This document shows, in pieces, positions 15,596-23,644 of a stretch of 23,770 bases of DNA. This stretch comes from Allobaculum fili (GTDB lineage Bacteria; Bacillota_I; Bacilli_A; Erysipelotrichales; Erysipelotrichaceae), in contig NZ_JAHDSX010000038.1 in assembly GCF_020969955.1 (NCBI RefSeq), forward strand, positions 1 to 23,770. The letters run 5' to 3'. Both the position numbers and the translations under genes were made by a program. Position 1 is the stretch's first letter, and each line of letters opens with the position of its first letter. The notes beneath the pieces are model-generated. The model ran no database searches, had not been told where the DNA came from, and saw nothing but the letters and a program-made list of their open reading frames with translations.

Positions 15596-18500
15596 CTATT
15601 TCAGCGTATTGAGCGCTTCCTTGCCTGGATTAAGACGCAGGGCCAGCAGACGGTTCTGCATCGCCAGGGCCTGCGCGTCGAGCGCGGATTGTGTTGTCGA
15701 GGAACTGCTCAGAACTTCATGTGCCTGCGCGAGCGCCTGATTGAACGCGTCTTTCTGCGCGCTGGTCAGACGGAATCTGGACAGGTTGAGACGATCGGCT
15801 TTGGCGCAGACCATCTCAAGCGGCTTTCGGTTCAGTCCATCGGCGGGAACGAGTCCGGCATACGCATCCTGTAAAGCTTTCAGTGCGCGATCGACTTCGA
15901 TCTGCTGGTAGGAAGAACCGGAAAGAATCGTATTCGCCTGTTCGAGCGCACCCTTAAACGGCGCAAAGCTTTCCGCTGTAAAGTCGGCTTCGCGAACGGA
16001 AGAAATCGCTGAACCGTTTACGTACGTGCGCAGAGCGCTCTTATCGGTCAGACCGTACGTTTCTTCAATGTCGCCGAGCTTGAACTTCGCGAACTTAATG
16101 TAGCAGCGGTCGGTACGGACGTTGCTTCCATGGTTTTTGGAATACTCTTCGTCGAAGTGACCGTAGCTGTCCATCATGAGGGTGCCGTCATCGAGAACGA
16201 GCAGACCCGCATAGCCGGTATCACCGGATTTTTCATTCGGCGCATAGTCGTAGGCGATGGTTACCATGTAATCGCCGTCGCCCTGTGTCATGAGGTCTTC
16301 GTAGCTTCCAACCCACATTACCCATTCGCCGGCTACCCAGTCGTTGGAGTTGTCGTGGATGCCGTTGCCGTCCTTGTCGTAGACAATGTCGCGGTACGTA
16401 ATGACGAGGCGGTCGCTGATTGGATCGTAAACGACTTTATGGCGTTCGCCAGCCAGGTTTCCGGGCAGGTTCGCCGGCTTGCTCCAGGTTTCGCCTTCGT
16501 CATCGGAGTACGTCATCATGGCGTAGCCCTGGTGCGTCTGATTGCGGGCGAGGGCGACGATGCGCTTGCCGTCCGGGGAGCGGAACAGGCCGAGTTCGCA
16601 AAGCTGATTGGCGGATTCGATGTTTCGATACGGAGTCAGAATCGGTTCGGGATCGCTCCACTGTTCGTTTCCGTCTTCATCGAACGTCAGAATCGATTTG
16701 TAGTTGGTGTAGCTGTAATCGTGGTAAATGCCCATCCACGCCTGGCGGTCGTTTCCGTTTCCATCCTTGAGCTGAATGAGGCTCGACATGCCGACAATCG
16801 TCCAGCGGTTGCTGCCGTCATCATTTTTCGGATGGAACAGCTGGTATTCAGTCCAGGTTTCGCCGTTGTCGTCGGAATAGGAGGTGCGCCAGCCGCCGTT
16901 CTGGTTTCCAGACCAGTTCGGCATCGCGGTAATGAGCATGATGCGCTCAGTTCCGTCGGCCAGATTCAGAACGTACATCGTCGGCGTTTCCATGGACGTT
17001 GCCCAGCTTGTCGGAATGTCGTCTTTCTGAATCCACGTTTCGCCGTCATCGTCGGAGTATTTCATGATGAGCGGACCATGGCCGTGTCCCTGCGGGAAGG
17101 CGGTGATCAGACGGCCGGTATTTGTACGGATCATATCCGGCTGGCCAAAGTACTGATTGGCATCGCCGTCGGCCGGTTTATGGACGTCGGTCACAAATTT
17201 TTCCGGAAGATCGTAGTACGGAACCGTCTTCATCAGCGTGATCTGCCGTTCTACGGTAATCGTGACGGTTTCCGTGTACGTGCCGGCTTTGACTTCAATC
17301 TGGGCTGTTCCTGCCTTGACTGGGGTAACCACGCCGGTACTGCTGACCGTGGCTACTTCCGGATTTTTCGAAGTATAGGTAATTTCGAGTTCTTCGTCGC
17401 TGTTGAGCGTAACGGGAATCTGCCAGGTCGGTGTACTGTCCTTGGAAATCTGGAGCGTCTTATTGCGGACGGTGATGTTCAGACCCGGTTTGAGCTGATC
17501 GATGCCGATTTCCGCTTTGGTCAGTTCGGCATCGTAAATGCGCAGTTCATCGACCGTGCCCGCGAAGTCGCTCTTACCGAGAATATCGGAAGGAATGACG
17601 GTCGTGTTGTTCGTGGTCCAGGTGTTTGTGGCGACTTCTTCGCCGTTGACGTACAGCTTCAGGCCGTTTGTCTTCGACTGGGTCCAGGCCACGTGATACC
17701 ACTGGCCGGCTTCAAAGCCGTAGGCAAAGGTGAGCACATCGGCGCTGCTGGTACCGACACGGAAACCGGAGTATCGATCGTCGGCCATCTTGAGCGCGGT
17801 CGCAAATTTTTCTTCGCTGTCCTGCGTGATCAGGGATTTGCCGGTGATCGTATCGGCTTTGACCCAGTACGTAATTGTCCAGGGATCGCTGTTTCCAATT
17901 TCCGATTTCGTAAAGCTTAAGCCGCTTCCTGCATTCATGTGCAGGCCTTTGCCGGAATAGCCGTCCACATAGGACAGACCGCTTTCGACAATCGGGGTTC
18001 CGTTGCGGTTTCCCCACAGGTCATTGGCACTGTTTTCAAAGGAATAGGCGGAATAGCGTTTGGATTCCTCGATGCCGCCGCGCGAAACGCTCAGGGTGAT
18101 CGTCGCGGTCTTGGTCGGATCCTTGACGGAAGCTGCGGTAATGGTCACTGTACCGGTACCTGCTGCGGTGACCAGACCGTCTGCATTTACGGAAGCCACG
18201 CTGCTTTCCGAAGAAGACCAGGTAACGCGATGATCGGTCAGCGTATCCGGGGCTACGACGGCTTCCAGCTGCAGCGATTGGCCGATTTGCAGTGCAGTCG
18301 ACTGCGGCGGGGTAATGGTTACGGAAGTCACAGTATCCGTGGCGTTCGCTTTTTTGCCGATGTATTGCGTTGTAAGAGTGTCGATGCCTTCCTTGAAGGC
18401 GTCCATTTCCGATCCCATCGTATTGACTTTGGCTTCGCCAAGATAGGAATGCGCAGTTCCGGCGACGGTCGTCAGGGAATCGTAGAGCGACTGGATCGCG

Positions 18501-20893
18501 CCTTCGAGATCCGGTACTTCCTCAGCCATCTGGCGCAGCTTGTTGGCGTCGTGTACGCCTTCGGCCATGCGGGCCAGACGCAGCGAACGTTTGGACGTCG
18601 GGTTTTTTGCCTCTTTTTCATCCGGATAAATAAGGAAGCAGTCTCCCGGTTCAAAGGCGTTGTGGGTCGTGTCGCGCAGCGGATCGGCAACCCAGGCATC
18701 GTATGCCCAGCGCATGAAGCCGTCCGTGTTTTCGGAGGCGTTGATGACGCTCCAGTACGATTCTACCGGCGCGGAAAGCGAGAAGTTGCCCGGACTGTGC
18801 TCGGTGCAGGAGTAAAGCGCAGTGCGCAGGCCTTTGGCGTCGCGCTGGGCAACGAGATCCGCAAATTCCTTCGAATGGGCAGCTGCGGCATTGTCGCCGA
18901 CGTTCAGTTCGGTCAGACGAAGCGCCATGGCGAACTTGCTGGCGTTGGTAAAGCCGTCCATCGAACCTGTCGTTTTGAAGGTGACGGTGTACTGGCCGTC
19001 GGAAATTTGCGTGCTGTCGATCAGATCAAAGGCGCTGGTGTTGAAGCCGCGCTCATCGATGCCGATATAAGCGTCGTTAAACCAGCCTTTCTGAACGAGA
19101 TGGGCGCCCATTTTCTCGAGGAAATCGCCCCAGACTTCGTTGTAGCGTGCACTGCCGGCGGTGAAGGCTTCCTTCACAAGCGTGCCGTTGTCCCAGTACG
19201 TAAAGCTTCCGTGCCACGGAGCGATGGAGTAAAGCACAATCTTGTCTCCGATTCCCATGGATTTGCAGAAGGAAACCCACTTGTCGAAGGCGGTGAAATC
19301 GTAGGTAAACGTTCCGTCCGCATTTTTCGTCCACTTGACCATCGACGGATAGTGGATGTCGTTAGCGGAATACGTCTGACCGGACCAGGCTTCTTCAGAA
19401 ATCGTCGCGGTAATGACATGACCGCCGATTTCCTTGTAAATTTCCATGCTGGAACGCAGCAGTTCGAGATGCTCGTCACTGAATGGCGTAACGCCGTAAT
19501 ATTCCGCGGAAGAATACGGATACTGCCAGAGTTCGATGTCAAAGGAATTTTTGAAGTCAGTCGCATCCGGCAGAACGGCGTCGCGTACCGCGACGGTGTA
19601 GGTGAATTCAATCGGATGTTCCAGTCCGTCGGCGGTGGCGCTGAGTTTACCGGTATAGGTTCCGGCTGCTGTGTCTTCTGGAATCGCAATTTCTACCCAG
19701 ACCGGCTGGACGCGCGAAGCGGCCAGCGTAATGGGGGCATTGCCATTCAGGATGTCCGAAGATTCCGAACGGTTGGTGCCGTTATCGGCTGGAACGGGAC
19801 GGGTAGTGCTGCCGTAGCCGAGGAAGGAACCATTATAGGCTTTGGTCGACTGGATGAAATCGAGCTTTACGTTTTCTTTGGCAATTTTGGACGAACCGGT
19901 TCCGCTTAAGTCGGAAGCGGTAATGGACAGATTGGTGAGCGGCGCATTTTTCGAAACCAGAACGAGCTGGCTGACGGCCTTGTCGTTTTTCCAGGCGCTC
20001 AGCGTTTTGGAGAGCGTACCCATCGTCTTGACGGAATCGTACGTACTCTGGGTGTACTGATGGTTCGTATCGACAATGGAACCGGACAGTTCCGCCTGAG
20101 CCTCGGTTACGGTAAATGAGATGACCAGCGGCTGGGCAGCCGGCAGAGTGTCGGACGTTACCGAGACGGTGGCGGTTCCGGCTTTTTTCGCCTGAACCAG
20201 ACCGGTGCTCGATACGCTCACAATTTCGCTGTCGCTCGAGGTGTACGTCAGATTGCCTGTCGTGGCATAGTCCGGTACAGCCGCGATCGACAGCTGCTGT
20301 TCGGCTCCGGCGTACAGGTCGTAATGCGTTTCTTCACTTGAAATCGAAGTGAGCGTATACGGCGCATGTTTAATGACCACGTTGGCGCAGTCGATCAGCG
20401 TATTGGAGGCGGAAGCGTTTTTCTCGCCCGTTGCGACGGCTTTGAACACATGCGCTTCTTCGCTGAGGCCGCTGAAAGTCGCGATCCGAGTGGAATTGAT
20501 ATTGGAGGCGTTATACAGATCGTAGACGCCCTGGGATTCTCCATCGATGAAGTATTCCACTTTGCCCATCGGATGGTTCTTGCCGGCATAGACGGTGATT
20601 TCGCTGCCGACAAAATCAACCTGATACCAGAGAGCGGACGGATTGGCCGCATCCGGTGTCTTTGACCAGGTATGGGCATCGCTGCCCGCTTCCCAGTTTC
20701 CGGAAGAGAAGGTGAACTTATTGGTCGTTCCTGTCGTCTTCCTGAAGGAAATGGTTTCTTCCACGAGCGACGCATCCGCCGGCATAACCGTGTCGGCGTC
20801 ACTCTGTGCAAGAACAGGGAAAGAGGAAGCGGCTGCGGAGGCCGTCATGGTCACGCTGAGAAGGACTGCAAGCAGATTCGTTCTTCTTTTCAT
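15596..20893 (-). CDS. Secreted 1765-aa multidomain glycoside hydrolase: CBM-like domain, Big_2, GH123-like (DUF4091-type) module, Big_2, LamG, Big_2, BNR/sialidase-fold propeller, 2x FIVAR
   Basis: The start MKRRTNLLAVLLSVTMTASAAASSFPVLAQ is a signal peptide, with AAAGGAA upstream. Three Big_2-like segments are present (e.g. TYTSSDSEIVSVSSTGLVQAKKAGTATVSV). The block ELWQYPY...SMVKWTK..DGTFTYDFTAFDKWV...YSIAPW...GWF.DAYIGIDERG resembles GH123/DUF4091. A LamG-like segment contains GQWYHVAW...LYVNGE...VDELRIYD. There are three Asp-boxes: YSDDDGETW, YSDDNGETW and YSDDEGETW. The C-terminus carries FIVAR-like helices. No LPXTG motif or TM anchor is present. Confidence 0.9.
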   Translation of the reverse strand: MKRRTNLLAVLLSVTMTASAAASSFPVLAQSDADTVMPADASLVEETISFRKTTGTTNKFTFSSGNWEAGSDAHTWSKTPDAANPSALWYQVDFVGSEITVYAGKNHPMGKVEYFIDGESQGVYDLYNASNINSTRIATFSGLSEEAHVFKAVATGEKNASASNTLIDCANVVIKHAPYTLTSISSEETHYDLYAGAEQQLSIAAVPDYATTGNLTYTSSDSEIVSVSSTGLVQAKKAGTATVSVTSDTLPAAQPLVISFTVTEAQAELSGSIVDTNHQYTQSTYDSVKTMGTLSKTLSAWKNDKAVSQLVLVSKNAPLTNLSITASDLSGTGSSKIAKENVKLDFIQSTKAYNGSFLGYGSTTRPVPADNGTNRSESSDILNGNAPITLAASRVQPVWVEIAIPEDTAAGTYTGKLSATADGLEHPIEFTYTVAVRDAVLPDATDFKNSFDIELWQYPYSSAEYYGVTPFSDEHLELLRSSMEIYKEIGGHVITATISEEAWSGQTYSANDIHYPSMVKWTKNADGTFTYDFTAFDKWVSFCKSMGIGDKIVLYSIAPWHGSFTYWDNGTLVKEAFTAGSARYNEVWGDFLEKMGAHLVQKGWFNDAYIGIDERGFNTSAFDLIDSTQISDGQYTVTFKTTGSMDGFTNASKFAMALRLTELNVGDNAAAAHSKEFADLVAQRDAKGLRTALYSCTEHSPGNFSLSAPVESYWSVINASENTDGFMRWAYDAWVADPLRDTTHNAFEPGDCFLIYPDEKEAKNPTSKRSLRLARMAEGVHDANKLRQMAEEVPDLEGAIQSLYDSLTTVAGTAHSYLGEAKVNTMGSEMDAFKEGIDTLTTQYIGKKANATDTVTSVTITPPQSTALQIGQSLQLEAVVAPDTLTDHRVTWSSSESSVASVNADGLVTAAGTGTVTITAASVKDPTKTATITLSVSRGGIEESKRYSAYSFENSANDLWGNRNGTPIVESGLSYVDGYSGKGLHMNAGSGLSFTKSEIGNSDPWTITYWVKADTITGKSLITQDSEEKFATALKMADDRYSGFRVGTSSADVLTFAYGFEAGQWYHVAWTQSKTNGLKLYVNGEEVATNTWTTNNTTVIPSDILGKSDFAGTVDELRIYDAELTKAEIGIDQLKPGLNITVRNKTLQISKDSTPTWQIPVTLNSDEELEITYTSKNPEVATVSSTGVVTPVKAGTAQIEVKAGTYTETVTITVERQITLMKTVPYYDLPEKFVTDVHKPADGDANQYFGQPDMIRTNTGRLITAFPQGHGHGPLIMKYSDDDGETWIQKDDIPTSWATSMETPTMYVLNLADGTERIMLITAMPNWSGNQNGGWRTSYSDDNGETWTEYQLFHPKNDDGSNRWTIVGMSSLIQLKDGNGNDRQAWMGIYHDYSYTNYKSILTFDEDGNEQWSDPEPILTPYRNIESANQLCELGLFRSPDGKRIVALARNQTHQGYAMMTYSDDEGETWSKPANLPGNLAGERHKVVYDPISDRLVITYRDIVYDKDGNGIHDNSNDWVAGEWVMWVGSYEDLMTQGDGDYMVTIAYDYAPNEKSGDTGYAGLLVLDDGTLMMDSYGHFDEEYSKNHGSNVRTDRCYIKFAKFKLGDIEETYGLTDKSALRTYVNGSAISSVREADFTAESFAPFKGALEQANTILSGSSYQQIEVDRALKALQDAYAGLVPADGLNRKPLEMVCAKADRLNLSRFRLTSAQKDAFNQALAQAHEVLSSSSTTQSALDAQALAMQNRLLALRLNPGKEALNTLK
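16064..17236 (-). other. BNR/Asp-box six-bladed propeller (sialidase superfamily) module of the giant protein (ORF residues ~1245-1635)
   Basis: Asp-boxes at 17033..17059, 16853..16879 and 16484..16510. Sialidase-like contexts include MIRTNTGRLITAF (in place of the RIP motif), CELGLFRSPDGKRIVALARN and DTGYAGLLVLDDGTL. Confidence 0.65.
18569..20086 (-). other. GH123-like / DUF4091-type catalytic module of the giant protein (ORF residues ~295-800)
   Basis: Called from motif resemblance by eye. The adjacent Asp-Glu pair in YIGIDERG (codons at 19052..19057) is a candidate for the GH123 catalytic D-E pair. Confidence 0.6.
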
Positions 20894-20935
20894 AGTTTTC
20901 CTTTCTGCAGTGTCTTTATCTGTGCCCGAAATCCA

Positions 20936-20964
20936 TCCGGTTTTCCTTGTGAAATGCGTCCAGT
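20936..20964. repeat. Left arm of inverted-repeat pairs bracketing the giant-gene promoter region
   Basis: TCCGGTTTTC (20936..20945) is the reverse complement of 21250..21259. TTGTGAAATG(cgt)CCAGT (20947..20964) is the reverse complement of 21263..21278 apart from a 2-nt gap difference. Confidence 0.7.
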
Positions 20965-21146
20965 GCAAAACGTCTGTCGGTTTGAGACAGGCATTCGAAT
21001 TTTTTTCGTCAGCAGGGGCCCGGTCCTGCGCAAAGAAGATCGCAAAAGAAAGACGGATCGACTCTAGATAAAGAAAAAATCATCTCGCCATCCATGAATT
21101 CCAGTGATGAAAATTAATGGAAAACGAAATGAAAGCGTTCTCTTTT

Positions 21147-21175
21147 ATTGTAAGGAAATGGAAAGGATTGAGCAA
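21147..21175 (-). promoter_or_regulatory. Best sigma70-type promoter candidate for the giant glycosidase gene
   Basis: On the minus strand: TTGCTC (21175..21170), 17-nt spacer, TACAAT (21152..21147). It sits in an AT-rich stretch and implies a leader of about 245 nt. Confidence 0.4.
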
Positions 21176-21249
21176 TAATCTTTCCGGTATCCGTTCGGTT
21201 ATCCAAACAGGAATGATAAAAAGTGACATCGAATCCGAAAGCCATGCGA

Positions 21250-21278
21250 GAAAACCGGAAATACTGGCCATTTCACAA
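21250..21278. repeat. Right arm of inverted-repeat pairs bracketing the giant-gene promoter region
   Basis: GAAAACCGGA (21250..21259) and ACTGG-c-CATTTCACAA (21263..21278). See the left arm at 20936..20964. Confidence 0.7.
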
Positions 21279-21305
21279 AAAGAAAAGTCTGCCTGCAGGC
21301 AGACT
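21276..21305 (-). terminator. Rho-independent terminator of the GNAT gene
   Basis: AGTCTGCC-tgca-GGCAGACT, a perfect 8-bp stem, followed on the minus strand by UUUUCUUUUU. Confidence 0.75.
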
Positions 21306-21313
21306 GGTCGAAT

Positions 21314-21862
21314 TCATCCGTTTTGTACAGGAAAAATGTATTCCATCAGTTCAAAAGGCAATGTGCCTTCTTTTTCGAGAAGAACTTCACTCGTACCTTT
21401 GGAATGAAAGCCGGCGCGCTCGTACAGCGCTCTGGCCGGCGCATTGCCCGCGATCAGATTGAGACGCGCAGATGCATAGCCCTCTTTTTTAAGCTGACTT
21501 AAAATCTGGCCCAGAAAGACATCACCCAGCTTCTGGCCGCTAAAATCCGGGTCTATGCAGAAAAGATGAATGCAGTTGAAACGCGAGTCGGTCCATTCAA
21601 AGGCGTCCATGCCTTCCAGATACGGGCTGATGCGCGCAGCGCCCACAATGCGTTCTTTTTCGCAGAAGACGACCATTTCTTCCTGAACGATTGCCTCATG
21701 AAGCACCGATTCATCCGGATAGATCCCCCAGTTCCAGAGCGGATAGTTGATTCGCGTATTCAGGCGGTTGCAGACGTTCTGGAAAAAGCGGCAGAGCGTT
21801 TCCAGATCCGCCAGGCCGGCTTTCCGTAAAATTCGTTTTGAACAAGTACTGATTTCTGCCAT
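21314..21862 (-). CDS. GNAT family N-acetyltransferase
   Basis: Acetyl-CoA-binding motif region ...FSGQKLGDVFLGQILSQLKKEGYASARLNLIAGNAPARALYERAGF.... AAGGAG lies 7 nt upstream. Confidence 0.85.
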   Translation of the reverse strand: MAEISTCSKRILRKAGLADLETLCRFFQNVCNRLNTRINYPLWNWGIYPDESVLHEAIVQEEMVVFCEKERIVGAARISPYLEGMDAFEWTDSRFNCIHLFCIDPDFSGQKLGDVFLGQILSQLKKEGYASARLNLIAGNAPARALYERAGFHSKGTSEVLLEKEGTLPFELMEYIFPVQNG

Positions 21863-22081
21863 AGGCTCTCTCCTTTTTGATCCCGTTCAGTATAGGCGAA
21901 TGCTCTGGTGTCGCCCAGAACCTTTTTCAGGCAGCCAGACGAATGGATGAAAAAGCATGAGGATCATCAAAAAAGAATCCAAGGGATGTCGGAAAGCGCA
22001 TTGGTCGATTTCCTTGTGCAAACGGTTTCGATCTTTCGCAAAGCATCCAAAACCGCAAAATCGAGCCTCTGGACAATTAAA

Positions 22082-22113
22082 TTGTTGATCTATCAACAAA
22101 AGACGTCTACAGT
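22082..22113 (+). promoter_or_regulatory. Promoter of the second MarR gene with an overlapping 18-bp palindromic operator
   Basis: Perfect inverted repeat TTGTTGAT-ct-ATCAACAA (22082..22099). TTGATC (22085..22090), 17-nt spacer, TACAGT (22108..22113). The -10 box ends 6 nt before the ATG at 22120 and no SD is present, so the mRNA may be leaderless. Confidence 0.5.
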
Positions 22114-22119
22114 ACGGGC

Positions 22120-22635
22120 ATGTCACATACGGATAAGATTCTTCAGTTTTTTAATGCGGTAGGCGCTCTGGAAAAGCAGATGAACCGGATTCGCCTGCTG
22201 TACATGCAGCAGGAAGGGCTTCGCGGCTCCGATCTCAATGTGCTGATCGCCCTGTATTCCAGCGAAGAAGGCCTGAACCCGGAAGGGCTGATCCAGATCA
22301 CCCGAACCGACAAGGCCCAGATTTCCCGCGCTCTGCGCGAACTCTGCGCCGGCGGCTGGATTGAAAAGGAAGATACCAGCCAGTATCGCGCCCGCTACCG
22401 GCTGAGCCCCAAAGGCAAGGAGCGCATGGAATATCTCGCCCGAGAATGCGAGCACATCTTTGAAGGCGCCCACGCCTGCATTCAGATGGAGCAGTGGGAA
22501 GCGTTTTATCAGTTTTCCAATCAGCTCAGTGCCCGGCTTGAGGAAATGATTCAGGAAAAGAAACAGGCGCTGAACGCGCATGCCGACACGGAGCCTTCCC
22601 GCCGTACCGAAAAGGGAAAAACGAAAAACGCGTAA
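22120..22635 (+). CDS. MarR family transcriptional regulator
   Basis: Winged-HTH pattern ...LNVLIALYSSEEGLNPEGLIQITRTDKAQISRALRELCAGGWIEKEDTSQYRARYRLSPKGKE.... The start is uncertain because there is no RBS. Confidence 0.8.
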   Translation: MSHTDKILQFFNAVGALEKQMNRIRLLYMQQEGLRGSDLNVLIALYSSEEGLNPEGLIQITRTDKAQISRALRELCAGGWIEKEDTSQYRARYRLSPKGKERMEYLARECEHIFEGAHACIQMEQWEAFYQFSNQLSARLEEMIQEKKQALNAHADTEPSRRTEKGKTKNA

Positions 22636-22689
22636 GCCTTTCCGTACAGGAAGGCATATCCAACACAAAAAAGAAAAGGAACACAGACT

Positions 22690-23535
22690 ATGATTTGGAT
22701 TGTTACCGACAGTGCTCAGGAATTAAAGGAAGAGGAACAGGAAGGCCTTCGCGTCGTTTCGCTTCCCATTTGCGTCAACGAAAAGCTGCTCGATCACCCG
22801 ATTGAAAACGAGGACTTTTTCGCCCTTCTCGAAGAAGAGTCGAATGTACTCAGCACCAGTCAGCCCTCGCCGAGCGCTTTTGAAGCGGTGTTTGAAGAAC
22901 TGACATCCAGAGGAGATGAAGTGATCGCTCTGCTGCTTTCTTCCTCGCTTTCCGGAACGTACAATTCCGCCAGACTGGCTCTGCTTGATCACGAAGCGTG
23001 GCAGGAAAACGTCCATCTGATCGATTCCGGACAGGCCTGCCTTTCGCAAAGCGTTCTCGTTGCCCGCGCGCTTGAACTGCGAAATGCGGGGAAAAGCGCG
23101 AAAGAGATTATTGAGACAATCGAGAAAGAGAAAAAGCAGGTACGTCTGTTTGCGATGCTTCCCACGCTGAAATATCTCAAGAAAGGCGGACGGATTTCGC
23201 CAGCCAAAGCGGCTCTGGCCGATCTTGCGGGCGTACGGGCTCTGGTGACGATTGACGAAAACGGAGAAATCACAGCCTGTGCCAAAACGCGAGGTACGAA
23301 AAAGGGAATTCGCCGCGTGGCCGAACTCGCCGCAGACTGCGGCATCGATGAGAATCGCCCGGTGTTTGTGGGCTATACCGGTCTGGATGAACAGCCGATG
23401 CGCGACCTGCAGAGCGCTCTGCGTGAAGTCGTCGGACAGGAGATTCTTGCGCAGACGGCCGCAATTTCTCAGATGCTGAGCGTGCATGTCGGTCCCGGTG
23501 CCTGCGGGATTGCCTTCCTGCCCAGAGAAGACTAG
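22690..23535 (+). CDS. DegV family (FakB-like) fatty-acid-binding protein
   Basis: IWIVTDSAQEL...STSQPSPSAFEAVFEEL...VIALLLSSSLSGTYNSARLA...LKYLKKGGRIS...HVGPGACGIAF is the DegV pattern. Confidence 0.88.
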   Translation: MIWIVTDSAQELKEEEQEGLRVVSLPICVNEKLLDHPIENEDFFALLEEESNVLSTSQPSPSAFEAVFEELTSRGDEVIALLLSSSLSGTYNSARLALLDHEAWQENVHLIDSGQACLSQSVLVARALELRNAGKSAKEIIETIEKEKKQVRLFAMLPTLKYLKKGGRISPAKAALADLAGVRALVTIDENGEITACAKTRGTKKGIRRVAELAADCGIDENRPVFVGYTGLDEQPMRDLQSALREVVGQEILAQTAAISQMLSVHVGPGACGIAFLPRED

Positions 23536-23593
23536 CTGCCGTCTTTCAAAACGTTATTTCTATTCGGGTGGAAATTTTCGGAATACATTTCCC

Positions 23594-23644
23594 GGATTAC
23601 ACGGATTAAATTTTGCGGATTAAATTAAATTCGATGGATTAAAT
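23594..23644 (+). repeat. Cluster of four GGATTA(AAT) direct repeats abutting the right IS end
   Basis: GGATTAC at 23594 and GGATTAAAT at 23603, 23617 and 23636. The last unit runs 3 nt into the IS-homology boundary (23642). No counterpart exists next to the left copy. Confidence 0.7.

Noticed and set aside
16130-19909. Two very long plus-strand ORFs (596 aa and 656 aa) lie antisense to the giant gene. Similar long antisense ORFs occur opposite other genes: 4135..4893, 5731..6408, 7444..8406, 9906..10838, 12378..13604, 22123..22668 and 22723..23487.
   Set aside because: Every one is codon-aligned with the sense gene, with coordinate offsets divisible by 3. In that frame, stops arise only opposite sense TTA, CTA or TCA codons, and this genome evidently avoids those codons. 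The translations are low-complexity Arg/Gly/Ala-rich strings with no motifs or ribosome-binding sites. This is a codon-usage artefact, not overlapping genes.
21080-21271. 63-aa minus-strand ORF in the AT-rich region upstream of the giant gene.
   Set aside because: It has no ribosome-binding site because its ATG follows the GNAT terminator T-run directly. It is rich in codons the genome otherwise avoids. It also overlaps the predicted promoter. It is most likely non-coding.
23594-23644. GGATTAAAT repeats read as DnaA boxes or replication-origin iterons.
   Set aside because: The reverse complement (TTAATCCGT and similar) matches the TTATCCACA DnaA box at only about 5 of 9 positions. The spacing is irregular, and no replication genes are adjacent.
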